Shown in pieces: positions 41,634 through 50,841 of a DNA stretch of 64,000 nt. The notes under the pieces are model-generated. The model worked only from the letters and a program-made list of their open reading frames with translations. It ran no database searches and had not been told where the DNA came from. Source of the stretch: an uncultured delta proteobacterium (GTDB lineage: Bacteria; Bdellovibrionota; FAC87; UBA2466); the NCBI GenBank assembly GCA_963778115.1, contig CAVZSV010000004.1, forward strand, positions 2,176,001-2,240,000, given 5' to 3'. Both the position numbers and the translations under genes were made by a program. Every line of letters begins with the position of its first letter. The stretch's first letter is position 1.

Positions 41634-42683
41634 ATGGAAAACGTCGAATTCATCAAAGAAAAAGTCAGGGCCTATTCGTCGACCCTAAAAACGACAGTGA
41701 GTCGTTCGACTATCCATTGGCTGGACTCTCTGACGGGCGGGGCTTTTTCAGCAAGCCGCTTTCGCCAAAAGTACTTCGCTGAAATTCCCGTGGACTTAGC
41801 TAGAATCCCTAGTTTTCGGCGGGAGTTTTTTCCTGACTCCGGGCCATCCCCCTGGATAGATCGTAAGGACGCTCTTCAGCAGATCGCCGCTCGGCTTAAG
41901 AGTAACGAGATTTCAGAGCAGGAAGCGCAATACCTTACGGACATTTATCATCGAGGCTACTTTGTCGCGCGAGGGCTTTTCTCCTCGGACTTAATGGATT
42001 GCATGTGGGCCGTTTATGAGAACGCGGTAAAGTCGGGTAAGATCGTGGTTGCCGACGAAAAGATTTCAGAAAATGATTTTCTTCCGGGACGATTTTTGAA
42101 CCCTCACCGTTATCTCCCCGAACTTCGTAAACTTCATGCCCATCCTAAATTGATGCGGCTTGCTTCTTTAGTCATGGGAAAGCCAGCGATTGCGTATCAG
42201 ACGATTAACTCTTTTAAGGGAAGCCAACAGAAATCCCATTCGGACACGATTCACATGACCACTTACCCTTTGGGTTATCTGACGGCGGCCTGGATCGCTT
42301 TCGAAGATATTCACGAGGATTCGGGTCCCCTATTTTACTATCCTGGCAGCCATCGATTGCCTTACTTACTGAGTCGGGAGGCCGGAATTCCTTTGGGGAG
42401 CTTTGAGTCACGGGGATATGAGCCTTACGGCGCCAAATACGAACCCGCCATTCAAGCGGCCGTCGACAAGGCCGGCTTTACACGGGAGCATTTTATAGCG
42501 AAAAAAGGAGATGTCCTTTTCTGGCACGCCAATCTAGTTCACGGCGGTTCTCTACGCAAAAATCCCAAGCTCTCTCGCAAAGCCATGGTCTGCCATTATT
42601 TCGCGAAAGGCGCTGTCTGCTACCACGATCTTTCCGAAGGACTGGCCAGCATGAAAATCGCGAGCCGGACCTACGCCCATTGA
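41634..42683 (+). CDS. phytanoyl-CoA dioxygenase (PhyH) family Fe(II)/2-oxoglutarate oxygenase
   Basis: 'GSQQKSHSD' (HxD), 'AAWIAFEDI...GPLFYYPGSH', 'KGDVLFWHANLVHGG...SR'. Confidence 0.88.
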   Translation: MENVEFIKEKVRAYSSTLKTTVSRSTIHWLDSLTGGAFSASRFRQKYFAEIPVDLARIPSFRREFFPDSGPSPWIDRKDALQQIAARLKSNEISEQEAQYLTDIYHRGYFVARGLFSSDLMDCMWAVYENAVKSGKIVVADEKISENDFLPGRFLNPHRYLPELRKLHAHPKLMRLASLVMGKPAIAYQTINSFKGSQQKSHSDTIHMTTYPLGYLTAAWIAFEDIHEDSGPLFYYPGSHRLPYLLSREAGIPLGSFESRGYEPYGAKYEPAIQAAVDKAGFTREHFIAKKGDVLFWHANLVHGGSLRKNPKLSRKAMVCHYFAKGAVCYHDLSEGLASMKIASRTYAH

Positions 42684-42929
42684 GTAGGCTTGGACTTCCC
42701 AGTTTGTAGTTTATTTTTGTGGCGCAGATACACCAATTCAAAACTATTTCAAAAGGCCTCTGGGATTAATTTCCATTACCCTGTCACTTTATAAATGCTC
42801 TGGATATTATAAAGACTAGTATTTCAAGTAGTTAATAATCTTTTGGTTTTGTAAATGACTCAACAAGTCAAAGTTCTTGATTCGCCCCTCGAAATCAGTG
42901 TATTTACCCGCACACAGAAGGAGTTATTT

Positions 42930-43658
42930 ATGCGTGGATATCGCTGGTTTGTCGTGTTCGCTTTCGTCTTAACCTGTGCCGCCCAAGCGGCGGATACTAT
43001 CACTTTCGGAGTAGGAACTTACACGTCGGACCCTCTTACCGAGCGACAACTTTATGAAGCCAGTCCCATGGCAAGAGGGGCTGCAGTGCTTCAGCAAAAT
43101 AATTTCTTCGGGAAAATTTCCGTTCAACTCAATGCTGACGGAACGGAGACGCTCTGGGCTATCGGTTTTAAGGGCGCGGGTTGTAAAGAGGGCACCGAGC
43201 TCTTCGGATTTCGTCAGGAGTTCACTATCGCCATGGATCCGCTCGCCAATGGTGACGACGAAACGACGCGAAAGATTAAGGTTACTACTACCGGCCTCTT
43301 TACCGCTGTGTATGAAAAGAACATTCTAGCTCAAATGAATTTTGATAATTACATGGGCCATCAATGGGAACGCGGTACTTATTATGATATCTCCGATGTC
43401 GTAAAACCCAACGACATTCCCGCGGTTTATGACCTCATGCAGGTAAAGGACAAGGTTCTCTATTTTGGAGAAAACACACTTTTCTTAGACGGAACGACTC
43501 CGGGTACCCGTCCCACTACCTTGCACCGTGGTCTTGCCTTAAAGCTCGTGGAACCCGCGGTCGAAGCGAATACCGCGTCTACTACCACAAAAACCACAAA
43601 AGCGGCTGAAGAACTCCCGGCACCGGCGAAACAAGAGCTTCCCAAGCCCCGCTTTTAG
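42930..43658 (+). CDS. exported protein, possibly APCDD1-like beta-barrel
   Basis: AAGGAG RBS, signal peptide (AQA|A), and C-terminal 'YDLMQVKDKVLYFG...DG.TP.TRPTTL'. Confidence 0.6.
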   Translation: MRGYRWFVVFAFVLTCAAQAADTITFGVGTYTSDPLTERQLYEASPMARGAAVLQQNNFFGKISVQLNADGTETLWAIGFKGAGCKEGTELFGFRQEFTIAMDPLANGDDETTRKIKVTTTGLFTAVYEKNILAQMNFDNYMGHQWERGTYYDISDVVKPNDIPAVYDLMQVKDKVLYFGENTLFLDGTTPGTRPTTLHRGLALKLVEPAVEANTASTTTKTTKAAEELPAPAKQELPKPRF

Positions 43659-43677
43659 TTCGAAGTAAGTCTGGAAA

Positions 43678-45224
43678 TTATCGGTTTGGAATTTTGGGGG
43701 TGGTCTGGTCGATTATACCCAACACGGTCGCGGTATTGATTTTAATCACAGTAGGTTTCGGAAACTCTACCTGGGAGGGGAACAATTCGATGCCCGATAG
43801 AGAAACTTTTCGTCCTGCCTTTAGGGCGGTTTGAATCGCCCCCACGGTTCCCGCGTTGTCTAAAGTCATCTCCCACTTGTCAGCCAGGATCATGCTCGTA
43901 TTGAGCCGCGGGACCACTTCCTTTGAATTTTCCGTGGAGGGCTCCCCATCCGAGACTACCCACCCCTCCGAGGTTTTCCACTTTCCTTCTCGGATGACAG
44001 GATTCTCCAAGATACTTGGCCAGCGGACCTCCACCGCGACAAGATTGCATCTTACTTGGTTAATTCGCGATGTGACCGGTTTTCCATCGATAAGAACCCC
44101 GCTACTCGCGGACAAAGGTTTTTGAAAGATAGTCCAACCGGACTTTCCCCGAAGTGCTGGCTGTAATCCGTCGTATGAGGGGTTGTGCGATCTTAGGAGG
44201 CTAGTGCGAACCATCTCTGGATCAGTGAGATCCTTCTGCAGATCCATTCTTTGCACGACGTCTTCACTGAGCTCAATTTTTGCAAATTCGGGTCTTAAGT
44301 CTGAATAGCTATCATCGAGATCTTGGAGAGCCAATTGAAGAAGTTGAAGCTGTCTGGTGTCTTCACATTTTCGAATCTCCTGAACCAGCTGGAGACGCTT
44401 TCTCTTGTATTCGAGATAGGCTTTGTACTTATTTGTGGGAACTCGATGGCCTGTCTTTTCGTAAAGGAGGGCTATCGCCTTTTCATATTGTTTCAGAAGG
44501 TGATCGGAGAGGGGTGCACCGATTCAATCTTTTCGGCTAAAAAGTGAAGACGTTTTTCAACGCTATTTTCCAAGGGGATAAAGAGCGCGCTGTCGGGTTT
44601 TGAAATATGCGAAAGCTGCTCCAGTTCAGGCGGATAGTTAGCATCGGTTTTCAAATTCTCTACGGCGATGGGAACGGGAAATAATCTCAGATGTCGGTCT
44701 TTGGGTCGCTGTAGATACTCTTCGATGAGGGGTTGAAGTGTTAGAAGAAGGCCGGCATCCACCTTTCCAGCGAGCGGGTTATTTCTGACTTTAGCTAGCA
44801 CTTTAAGCGGCGCCTTTGGGATGTGAACCTTAGGCTCCTTTTCCTCCATCAAATCCCTAATAGGAGAGAGAAGTTCCCGTATTTGACTCTGGACGAGCGC
44901 CAAAGGACCGGGAAGTCCTGCTTGTTGCCCACAAAGATTGAGAAGATTTTGAATAGGAGAAACGTTCGAATCCAACTCCGCTTCATCCGGGCTGTACTGC
45001 GTCGTCACATTTCCCACCCAGCAAGTACAGATGGGATTAATTTTTGAACTATCTACCGAAGTCGTTTGAAGGTCGCTAATGCATTGGGATTGCAAGCCGC
45101 TTATTTGACTCTGCGACCAGAGAGATTGTTTTCCTCCGGAAGCGGCGGAATTACCGGATTGCGAACATGCGGCGACGAGTAGAACAAAGGAGCTGAAAAT
45201 TATGATTTTGCCAAAAAGCCCCAC
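43678..45224 (-). pseudogene. ~515-aa lipoprotein gene interrupted by a 1-nt frameshift (likely assembly indel)
   Basis: Adding one C to the minus-strand CCCC (plus-strand GGGG 44511-44514) joins 44493..45257 to 43678..44334 through a stop-free bridge (LSDHLLKQYEKAIALLYEKTGHRVPTNKYKAYLEYKRKR...QLALQD). GTG start at 45224 after GGAGG; lipobox 'VAAC'. Confidence 0.75.
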
Positions 45225-45274
45225 AGGCCCTCCACGGAAGCCAGCAACAGGAGGCATCCGAGGTGACGGGAAGG

Positions 45275-45290
45275 AGCAATCTCCATGCCA
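45275..45290 (-). promoter_or_regulatory. sigma-54 -24/-12 promoter
   Basis: Minus strand TGGCATGGAGATTGCT, about 50 nt upstream of GTG 45224. Confidence 0.68.
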
Positions 45291-45379
45291 GATTGGCTTG
45301 GTTTTCTAGCTCAGATCATGCGTTTTTGGTACACCAGAAAGTGGGCGAAAAGCCCAGAATTGGCGTTGGTGTCTACCGC

Positions 45380-46978
45380 TTAATCTTGGGGAGTCACCTT
45401 ACAGCTCGTAGGATCTAACTTGAGTTCTTCGACGATGGCCGGTTCCTTTGGCTGAGGAAAGATGACGCGGAAGTTCGGCTCCAGGATCTGCCCTCGGGGA
45501 TTTTTTGAAATATCAGAGGCAAAAGCCTCGGCCCTTCTTTGAAAGAGAATTTTCACCAAATCCTTTACTTTCGACGGATCGGCATAGACTCGCGCGCAAG
45601 CTTCCATTAGGGACTTTGCCGGAGAAGTTAAAACGGCTGCTGATTGCGTAAGTGCCCTGAGCAGCGCTTTGGCTTGAGGCAGATCGCTATTAGCAAGACC
45701 TGCCCGGAACCAAGTTTGCCAATCGGTGGAATTGGATCGGGGGATGAATCTAACAAGAGCACAACGCGAATGAGAGAAAACGGGATTCGTGAAATCTATC
45801 GACAACACTGCGGCTACGAAGTCGGAGGTTATTTCCCCTTGCGCTACCAATTCGGCGATTGCCTCTTGATCGTACCTCGACTTTACCGGAGTAAGCCAGG
45901 GATGGTCAGAATCAATTCGTGGGGGATCCGACATCGGAAATTGACTGCCCAATAGCGTTAGCGAATCCAAATATGCCTTACGTGAAATCGTTACCGGCAG
46001 TGAAGCTAGTCTGGGATCGACAAAAAATCCGGAAGGGATTTCGATGTTAGCCGTTTCATCGTCGATAGGAGTAGCTGAGGATTCCAAGTTAAGTTCCATG
46101 GGACAGAAAAGAGGTCTTAAGCGTTCGGCGGGAGAAAGGTTTGCCTTTCGTCTGGAGTTGACCAGAGGAGAGTGCACGAGAGCTTTGGCGGATGTCGTGA
46201 TGAGATCGGCCAAGCCTTGGGCATCGGACAGCGCCGTGGGAAGACTCTTAGCGGCGTCTTGCGCGGTTAGACTTAACAGCGCTCCCAAATCTGGAGCAAA
46301 TGCCCAGCGACTAAGATCAACGGGACGTGAGGAGGTCCACCAATCGTTGTGAGGAGCGGTAAGTTCTTTCATAATAGGTCCGCCGGACAGATGGCAGCCC
46401 GAGCAGCGGAGGCGATCTCCAAAAATCGGTTCTCCTTCTGCGTTAAGATGAAGCCCTTTGAGATCGGCATAGATGTCGTCGGAATCGCCTCTATAAAACC
46501 ATTGCGACTGGTTGTTTCCGATTCCCCTTAGCTCGTAAAAGTTAAAGGCATCTTTAGAGGAATCCTTGAGTTCGAGCTCGATCATAAGGCTTCCCGCGTC
46601 GTTTGACTGATCGGCAATAAGAGTTCCGCCGTCGGAAGCGGTGAAATGGCCCAAGAAGAAATCCCCCGGCTTTACCTCTCCTAGACTTCCCTTCCCCGTC
46701 ACCCATTCAAAGAGGCTAAAGCTGTCCGACTTGCTATGGAAACCTTGGTTAGAAACCAATGACTTGCGAATGGAATAGCCTTTCTCTTGGAGTAGCGTAT
46801 GGAGCTCGATCACGTTCTTAGGGCAGGTAGATTCACGGGTCAGTAATCGAAACAGAAGGTCTTGGTTATTAGCCGCCGGAGTTCCATCGTTTTTAAAGAC
46901 GGTGCAGTTGGCAAAAAGGTTTGAATTAGCCAGAAGAAAAACCAAAACAAGAAAAGGTATAGAAAGACTTCGCGACAT
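45380..46978 (-). CDS. exported protein with a single CxxCH motif (possible c-type cytochrome)
   Basis: Signal peptide (..NLFA|N), 'FNFYEL', 'RCSGCHLSGGPIMKELTAPHNDWW'. Confidence 0.7.
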   Translation of the reverse strand: MSRSLSIPFLVLVFLLANSNLFANCTVFKNDGTPAANNQDLLFRLLTRESTCPKNVIELHTLLQEKGYSIRKSLVSNQGFHSKSDSFSLFEWVTGKGSLGEVKPGDFFLGHFTASDGGTLIADQSNDAGSLMIELELKDSSKDAFNFYELRGIGNNQSQWFYRGDSDDIYADLKGLHLNAEGEPIFGDRLRCSGCHLSGGPIMKELTAPHNDWWTSSRPVDLSRWAFAPDLGALLSLTAQDAAKSLPTALSDAQGLADLITTSAKALVHSPLVNSRRKANLSPAERLRPLFCPMELNLESSATPIDDETANIEIPSGFFVDPRLASLPVTISRKAYLDSLTLLGSQFPMSDPPRIDSDHPWLTPVKSRYDQEAIAELVAQGEITSDFVAAVLSIDFTNPVFSHSRCALVRFIPRSNSTDWQTWFRAGLANSDLPQAKALLRALTQSAAVLTSPAKSLMEACARVYADPSKVKDLVKILFQRRAEAFASDISKNPRGQILEPNFRVIFPQPKEPAIVEELKLDPTSCKVTPQD

Positions 46979-47042
46979 AGTGCTCTTATTCTGCCCTCAA
47001 AGGAGGAGATAAGAGGTATCTATCGATAAGTAAAGGAAGTGG

Positions 47043-47615
47043 TTATTGATTCTTAAGTTGTTGTAGTAACTGCGCTCCTTCGAGCTGTTCCGAAGCGGTG
47101 GCAGGTCGTCCTAAATATTTTTCATAGCCTCGATCGATTAAGGCGTTCTCCGTCGTCCCCGTGCCCCCGTGACTGTTCAAATAGATTCCAGCTTGATCGA
47201 TGATTTGAGGGTTGGAATCCAACACTCCTTGGTATTGGCTCAAGCTGGCAGGGAGTCTTATTCTCGAACCCCCGGAGCCAAGGGGTGTCTGAGTCACATC
47301 CGACGGCGATTCTTGAGGATCTGACGGGGGCTCGGAAACTTCAAAGCCAGAGGACTCTTTGGAGATAGCACTCGCATTGGAATTTGAAGTAGGCCCCGAG
47401 CTGTCGTCCAGAGGCAAATAAGCCTCTACGTCTTTCGGCAATCGTGATTGAGGTTGGCGAGAAGGCAAGGGTCGGACCGGAGTCGCGGGTCTGGTGTCCA
47501 TGTTTTTAGGATCGGGAAAGGTAAGGTCTTCCGTTTCAAGGAGCTGATAGATAGGAAGGATAAGCACGACTAACACCCCAGAGAAAACGAGAAAGTATTT
47601 GGCTTTGCTCTTCAT
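47043..47615 (-). CDS. membrane-anchored Pro/Ser-rich hypothetical protein
   Basis: MKSKAKY, TM helix, low-complexity linker, C-terminal 'YEKYLGRPATASE' helical motif. Confidence 0.55.
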   Translation of the reverse strand: MKSKAKYFLVFSGVLVVLILPIYQLLETEDLTFPDPKNMDTRPATPVRPLPSRQPQSRLPKDVEAYLPLDDSSGPTSNSNASAISKESSGFEVSEPPSDPQESPSDVTQTPLGSGGSRIRLPASLSQYQGVLDSNPQIIDQAGIYLNSHGGTGTTENALIDRGYEKYLGRPATASEQLEGAQLLQQLKNQ

Positions 47616-47780
47616 AGAGACACTTCTCTTATCGGAGAATATCCTGCTCAAATTCAGTTTGGGTGCTAATCGGAACGCGTCGCGGCAGGGGCGAGATAAG
47701 TTCTCACAAGCTATGGAGGATTTAGCTCTCGGTACGAGGATTGCTTTTTGCCCGGAACCAATGGTTAGATTGCAGGCAAT

Positions 47781-48206
47781 ATGTGGAAAAAGAAGTTCAC
47801 TCTCGAGCAAATCAACGAACGTTCCAAGAATACTCTCATGGAGACTCTGGAGATAAAGTTCACCGAAGTTGGCGATGACTTCATTAAAGCGACGATGCCG
47901 GTGAACTCAAAGACGCATCAACCTTATGGGCTTCTCCATGGAGGAGCCTCAGTGGTTTTGGCGGAATCCTTAGGTAGTTTTGCTTCGGTCCTTTCGCTTG
48001 CACCAGACGACGACAGGTGGGCGGTGGGGATTGAGATCAACGCTAATCATTTGAGATCGGTCACCGAAGGGCTGGTCACGGGAACCGTTCGTTCGATTCA
48101 TTTAGGACGCTCCCTCCATGTCTGGGATATTCGTATCACCGATCCCCAGGGTAAACCAGTCTGTGTCAGTAGACTTACCGTTTCCATCGTTCCCAAGCGA
48201 AACTAG
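47781..48206 (+). CDS. PaaI/hotdog-fold thioesterase (MenI/YdiI-like)
   Basis: 'MPVNSKTHQPYGLLHGGASVVLAESLGS', 'VGIEINANHLRS'. Confidence 0.92.
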   Translation: MWKKKFTLEQINERSKNTLMETLEIKFTEVGDDFIKATMPVNSKTHQPYGLLHGGASVVLAESLGSFASVLSLAPDDDRWAVGIEINANHLRSVTEGLVTGTVRSIHLGRSLHVWDIRITDPQGKPVCVSRLTVSIVPKRN

Positions 48207-48220
48207 GAAGGGCTCTTCGG

Positions 48221-48514
48221 CTAGAGTTTTTGAAGTTCGAGTTCTAACTGTCGCAACTGGTTTTGCAGATTAATTTTGGTTTGAGTTGCCGCCAAATATT
48301 GCATTTGAAATTCGCCGTTGCGTTCTCGCCAGCGGCTATTGGCTTGCTCAAAACCCGGAATTTGACTTGAACTCTTAGTCCTATTTGAGGCGATGAGGTT
48401 AATAACGTCGTTAACGGCCTGTGTCTTTCGATTCTTGGCTTGCCTTACGGAGGACTCACAGGGGACTAACAATAGTATGAAAAATAGGGATAGCAAACGA
48501 CCAAAGACACTCAT
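48221..48514 (-). CDS. small exported coiled-coil hypothetical protein
   Basis: AAGGAGG RBS, hydrophobic N-terminus, Gln/Leu-rich C-terminal helix. Confidence 0.6.
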   Translation of the reverse strand: MSVFGRLLSLFFILLLVPCESSVRQAKNRKTQAVNDVINLIASNRTKSSSQIPGFEQANSRWRERNGEFQMQYLAATQTKINLQNQLRQLELELQKL

Positions 48515-48549
48515 ATCGCCTCCTTAAAAAATAAGACAGCAGAGGCAAA

Positions 48550-48565
48550 AGCAAGAAGGGTGCCA
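48550..48565 (-). promoter_or_regulatory. sigma-54 -24/-12 promoter
   Basis: Minus strand TGGCACCCTTCTTGCT, about 35 nt upstream of the 48514 start. Confidence 0.68.
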
Positions 48566-48730
48566 GAGTGGGAGTGCGAGCCTGGGACAGTTTTGGTTAC
48601 CTAAGTCTCAATTTCGGAATATTTTTTCTCAATACTGAGAGTGAGAAGATAGCGTAATTGATCTTATATCCCATTTCCGCTACAGCTAATCGAAATCAAT
48701 GGGCCGAGTGGGAGACAGTGAGGGAGTTAG

Positions 48731-50620
48731 ATGAGTCGTGCGCGAAGAAGTGTTCGAACACCGATTAAGCCGTTTTACTTTTTTATCTTGGTTGCGTCGA
48801 GCGTGCTTTCTTTGCCGACCTTGGCATATGTCCAAATAGAAGTCTCCGCGAATCACTGGGCGCGTATTATCGACGACGGGAAGCGAGTCCACTACTGGGA
48901 CTGTGGATCTAAAGAACTTACGTTAGCCCAGATGGAAGCCCTTTCTCCCGTCGAGATCGTTTCCGGTTGTAATGCGAAAAGCCATTATGCGGTCGATCGT
49001 AATCCCTATCGGTTCTGGACAGCGGCTCTTTACGGCGTTCCGACTCGTTCTTCGAAGCAAATTTCACCTCTCCCCAACGAGTTAGGACGCAGGATCGAAG
49101 AAAACCGATCCCAACGAACCAGCCCACCCCAAATAAGTACCCAGGAGTTGAACCGATGGCTGCACTTAGAAGAAACTCTATTTCGCTACTTAGGAGAGAT
49201 TGAATCCGTCACGTTGAGACAGAGAGAATTTCCATCGCAGGTCTATGCCGCTATTTCCGGGTTTGTTCCCACCTTTTCCAACGGTGAGATGGCGTTGAAG
49301 CTGTTTCCTCTGAAATTGACTCAAGATCTTGAAGGGTGTCCCCAGGACTGGGCTCCCGCGTCTGTCACCTCATTGGCGGAGGGACTGCGGCAGCCGCAAG
49401 ATCAGGAAAGTTTTCTGGGCTGGTTGAAATCCGCGGCAAACCAACAGGGCTTAAAGCAACCACCCGTCTCCTTACTTACCTGGCACAAATGGGTGGAGTT
49501 GAAAAATACGACGGACGGCTTGCCGGCGTGCCTTCGTAAAGACTTCATCGTCGAACTTAATCCTGATGGCGCTTTATTATCCCACTGGCACCACTACCCG
49601 GCATCTAAAGTAACGCTTAACATCCAGCCCGAAGCGATTCCGGGTTTTGGTACTCTTTTTAAAACAATTTCTACTGACAAAGATAAGGTTGCCTATGGAT
49701 TGTGCGTTCGCCGGGAACTTCCCCAGTCTCCTCTGCTTTCTTATCAGATTTCAAGACTGCGGGAGCTGGGTGCACCACTCAATATGTCAAACGCAGAGCT
49801 CTATCGTTTGCTAATGACGGACACCAGGATGGAACACCTGGTAGCTCGCTTGCTGAGAAACGCAGAGGTCGTGGCAGAGACGGGCAAACCCACTCCGATC
49901 GAGGAAGTTCAGGGATGGATCAAGAACACTCTTTTTACGAACTATTCGGATTACTTTGAACTCGAAAGCGGGAGCCGGGATCGACTCGATATTAGCGCTA
50001 AGGCTATTGTAGAATCCGTATCCCAATTGGACAATTGGGTAAAGGTCTGCAACTACACTTCCAAACCTCTCGATGTTGCAATCGCTGTGTACTTGGATGA
50101 GCCCCGCGGGTGGACTTCCGTTGCTTGGGCGGTGACCCCTTCTCAGTATTGCACTCGTGTGAATGTAGGGACGAGAGACACCTCCTATATTTTTTGGAAG
50201 AGCGAGAATAATCTGAGCATTAAATCGTCGCTTGGACTGAAGGCAGATGCGGAGTTTCTTGTGGGGGAAGGAAAGCAAGTGACTCTGACACACGCCAGTG
50301 ACCGTGCCGCGGATAAATCCAAAGGAACTTATCGTCTGGCTTTTACTCGCTTGGATTGGAAAGGGCAGTCTAGCTCCCGAGAATCCCCTCGCACTTTCGA
50401 TGTCTACGAAAATCCTGTGGTGGTAGCGCAAAAATCCGAGCCGAGCTGGTCGCAGTCTCCCTACCAAACTAACGGGGGCTCACCCTCTTACTCTCCTGGG
50501 AGTGGCGGGAGTAACTGGTATGGGCAATCCCCTTCCGCGCGGTACACCGGAAGCGAGACTAATTCCTACTATCCTCTGCGTACCGGAAACTGGTACACGG
50601 GCGCTAATTTTGGAAGATAG
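48731..50620 (+). CDS. exported protein with C-terminal DUF1036-like domain
   Basis: Signal peptide (TLA|Y), 'VKVCNYTSKPLDVAIAV...GWTSVAW....SQYC' resembling DUF1036, and a Ser/Gly/Tyr-rich tail. Confidence 0.62.
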   Translation: MSRARRSVRTPIKPFYFFILVASSVLSLPTLAYVQIEVSANHWARIIDDGKRVHYWDCGSKELTLAQMEALSPVEIVSGCNAKSHYAVDRNPYRFWTAALYGVPTRSSKQISPLPNELGRRIEENRSQRTSPPQISTQELNRWLHLEETLFRYLGEIESVTLRQREFPSQVYAAISGFVPTFSNGEMALKLFPLKLTQDLEGCPQDWAPASVTSLAEGLRQPQDQESFLGWLKSAANQQGLKQPPVSLLTWHKWVELKNTTDGLPACLRKDFIVELNPDGALLSHWHHYPASKVTLNIQPEAIPGFGTLFKTISTDKDKVAYGLCVRRELPQSPLLSYQISRLRELGAPLNMSNAELYRLLMTDTRMEHLVARLLRNAEVVAETGKPTPIEEVQGWIKNTLFTNYSDYFELESGSRDRLDISAKAIVESVSQLDNWVKVCNYTSKPLDVAIAVYLDEPRGWTSVAWAVTPSQYCTRVNVGTRDTSYIFWKSENNLSIKSSLGLKADAEFLVGEGKQVTLTHASDRAADKSKGTYRLAFTRLDWKGQSSSRESPRTFDVYENPVVVAQKSEPSWSQSPYQTNGGSPSYSPGSGGSNWYGQSPSARYTGSETNSYYPLRTGNWYTGANFGR

Positions 50621-50841
50621 GTAGCTCCTGGGGGAGGGTGTAAGTCATTATAATCAAATTGTTAAATAGGAAGCTCGTCACTTCATTCCCCCCTATTACG
50701 GTATCCCAAGAAATGGGGTCGTAAGAATTACCCTTTTGGTTGATCTCGCATGATGCGACGTGTTAACTCCTAGATATCGAGTCACTCAAATGAGAGCGAT
50801 TTGTGGGCGACCCACCGTCTGCAACTCTAGGAGTCCGGGCT

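Noticed and set aside
46981..46996. GG-N10-GC match (minus strand GGGCAGAATAAGAGCA) before the CxxCH gene
   Set aside because: It lacks the TTGC half and lies 3 nt from the start codon, so a transcript would begin inside the gene.
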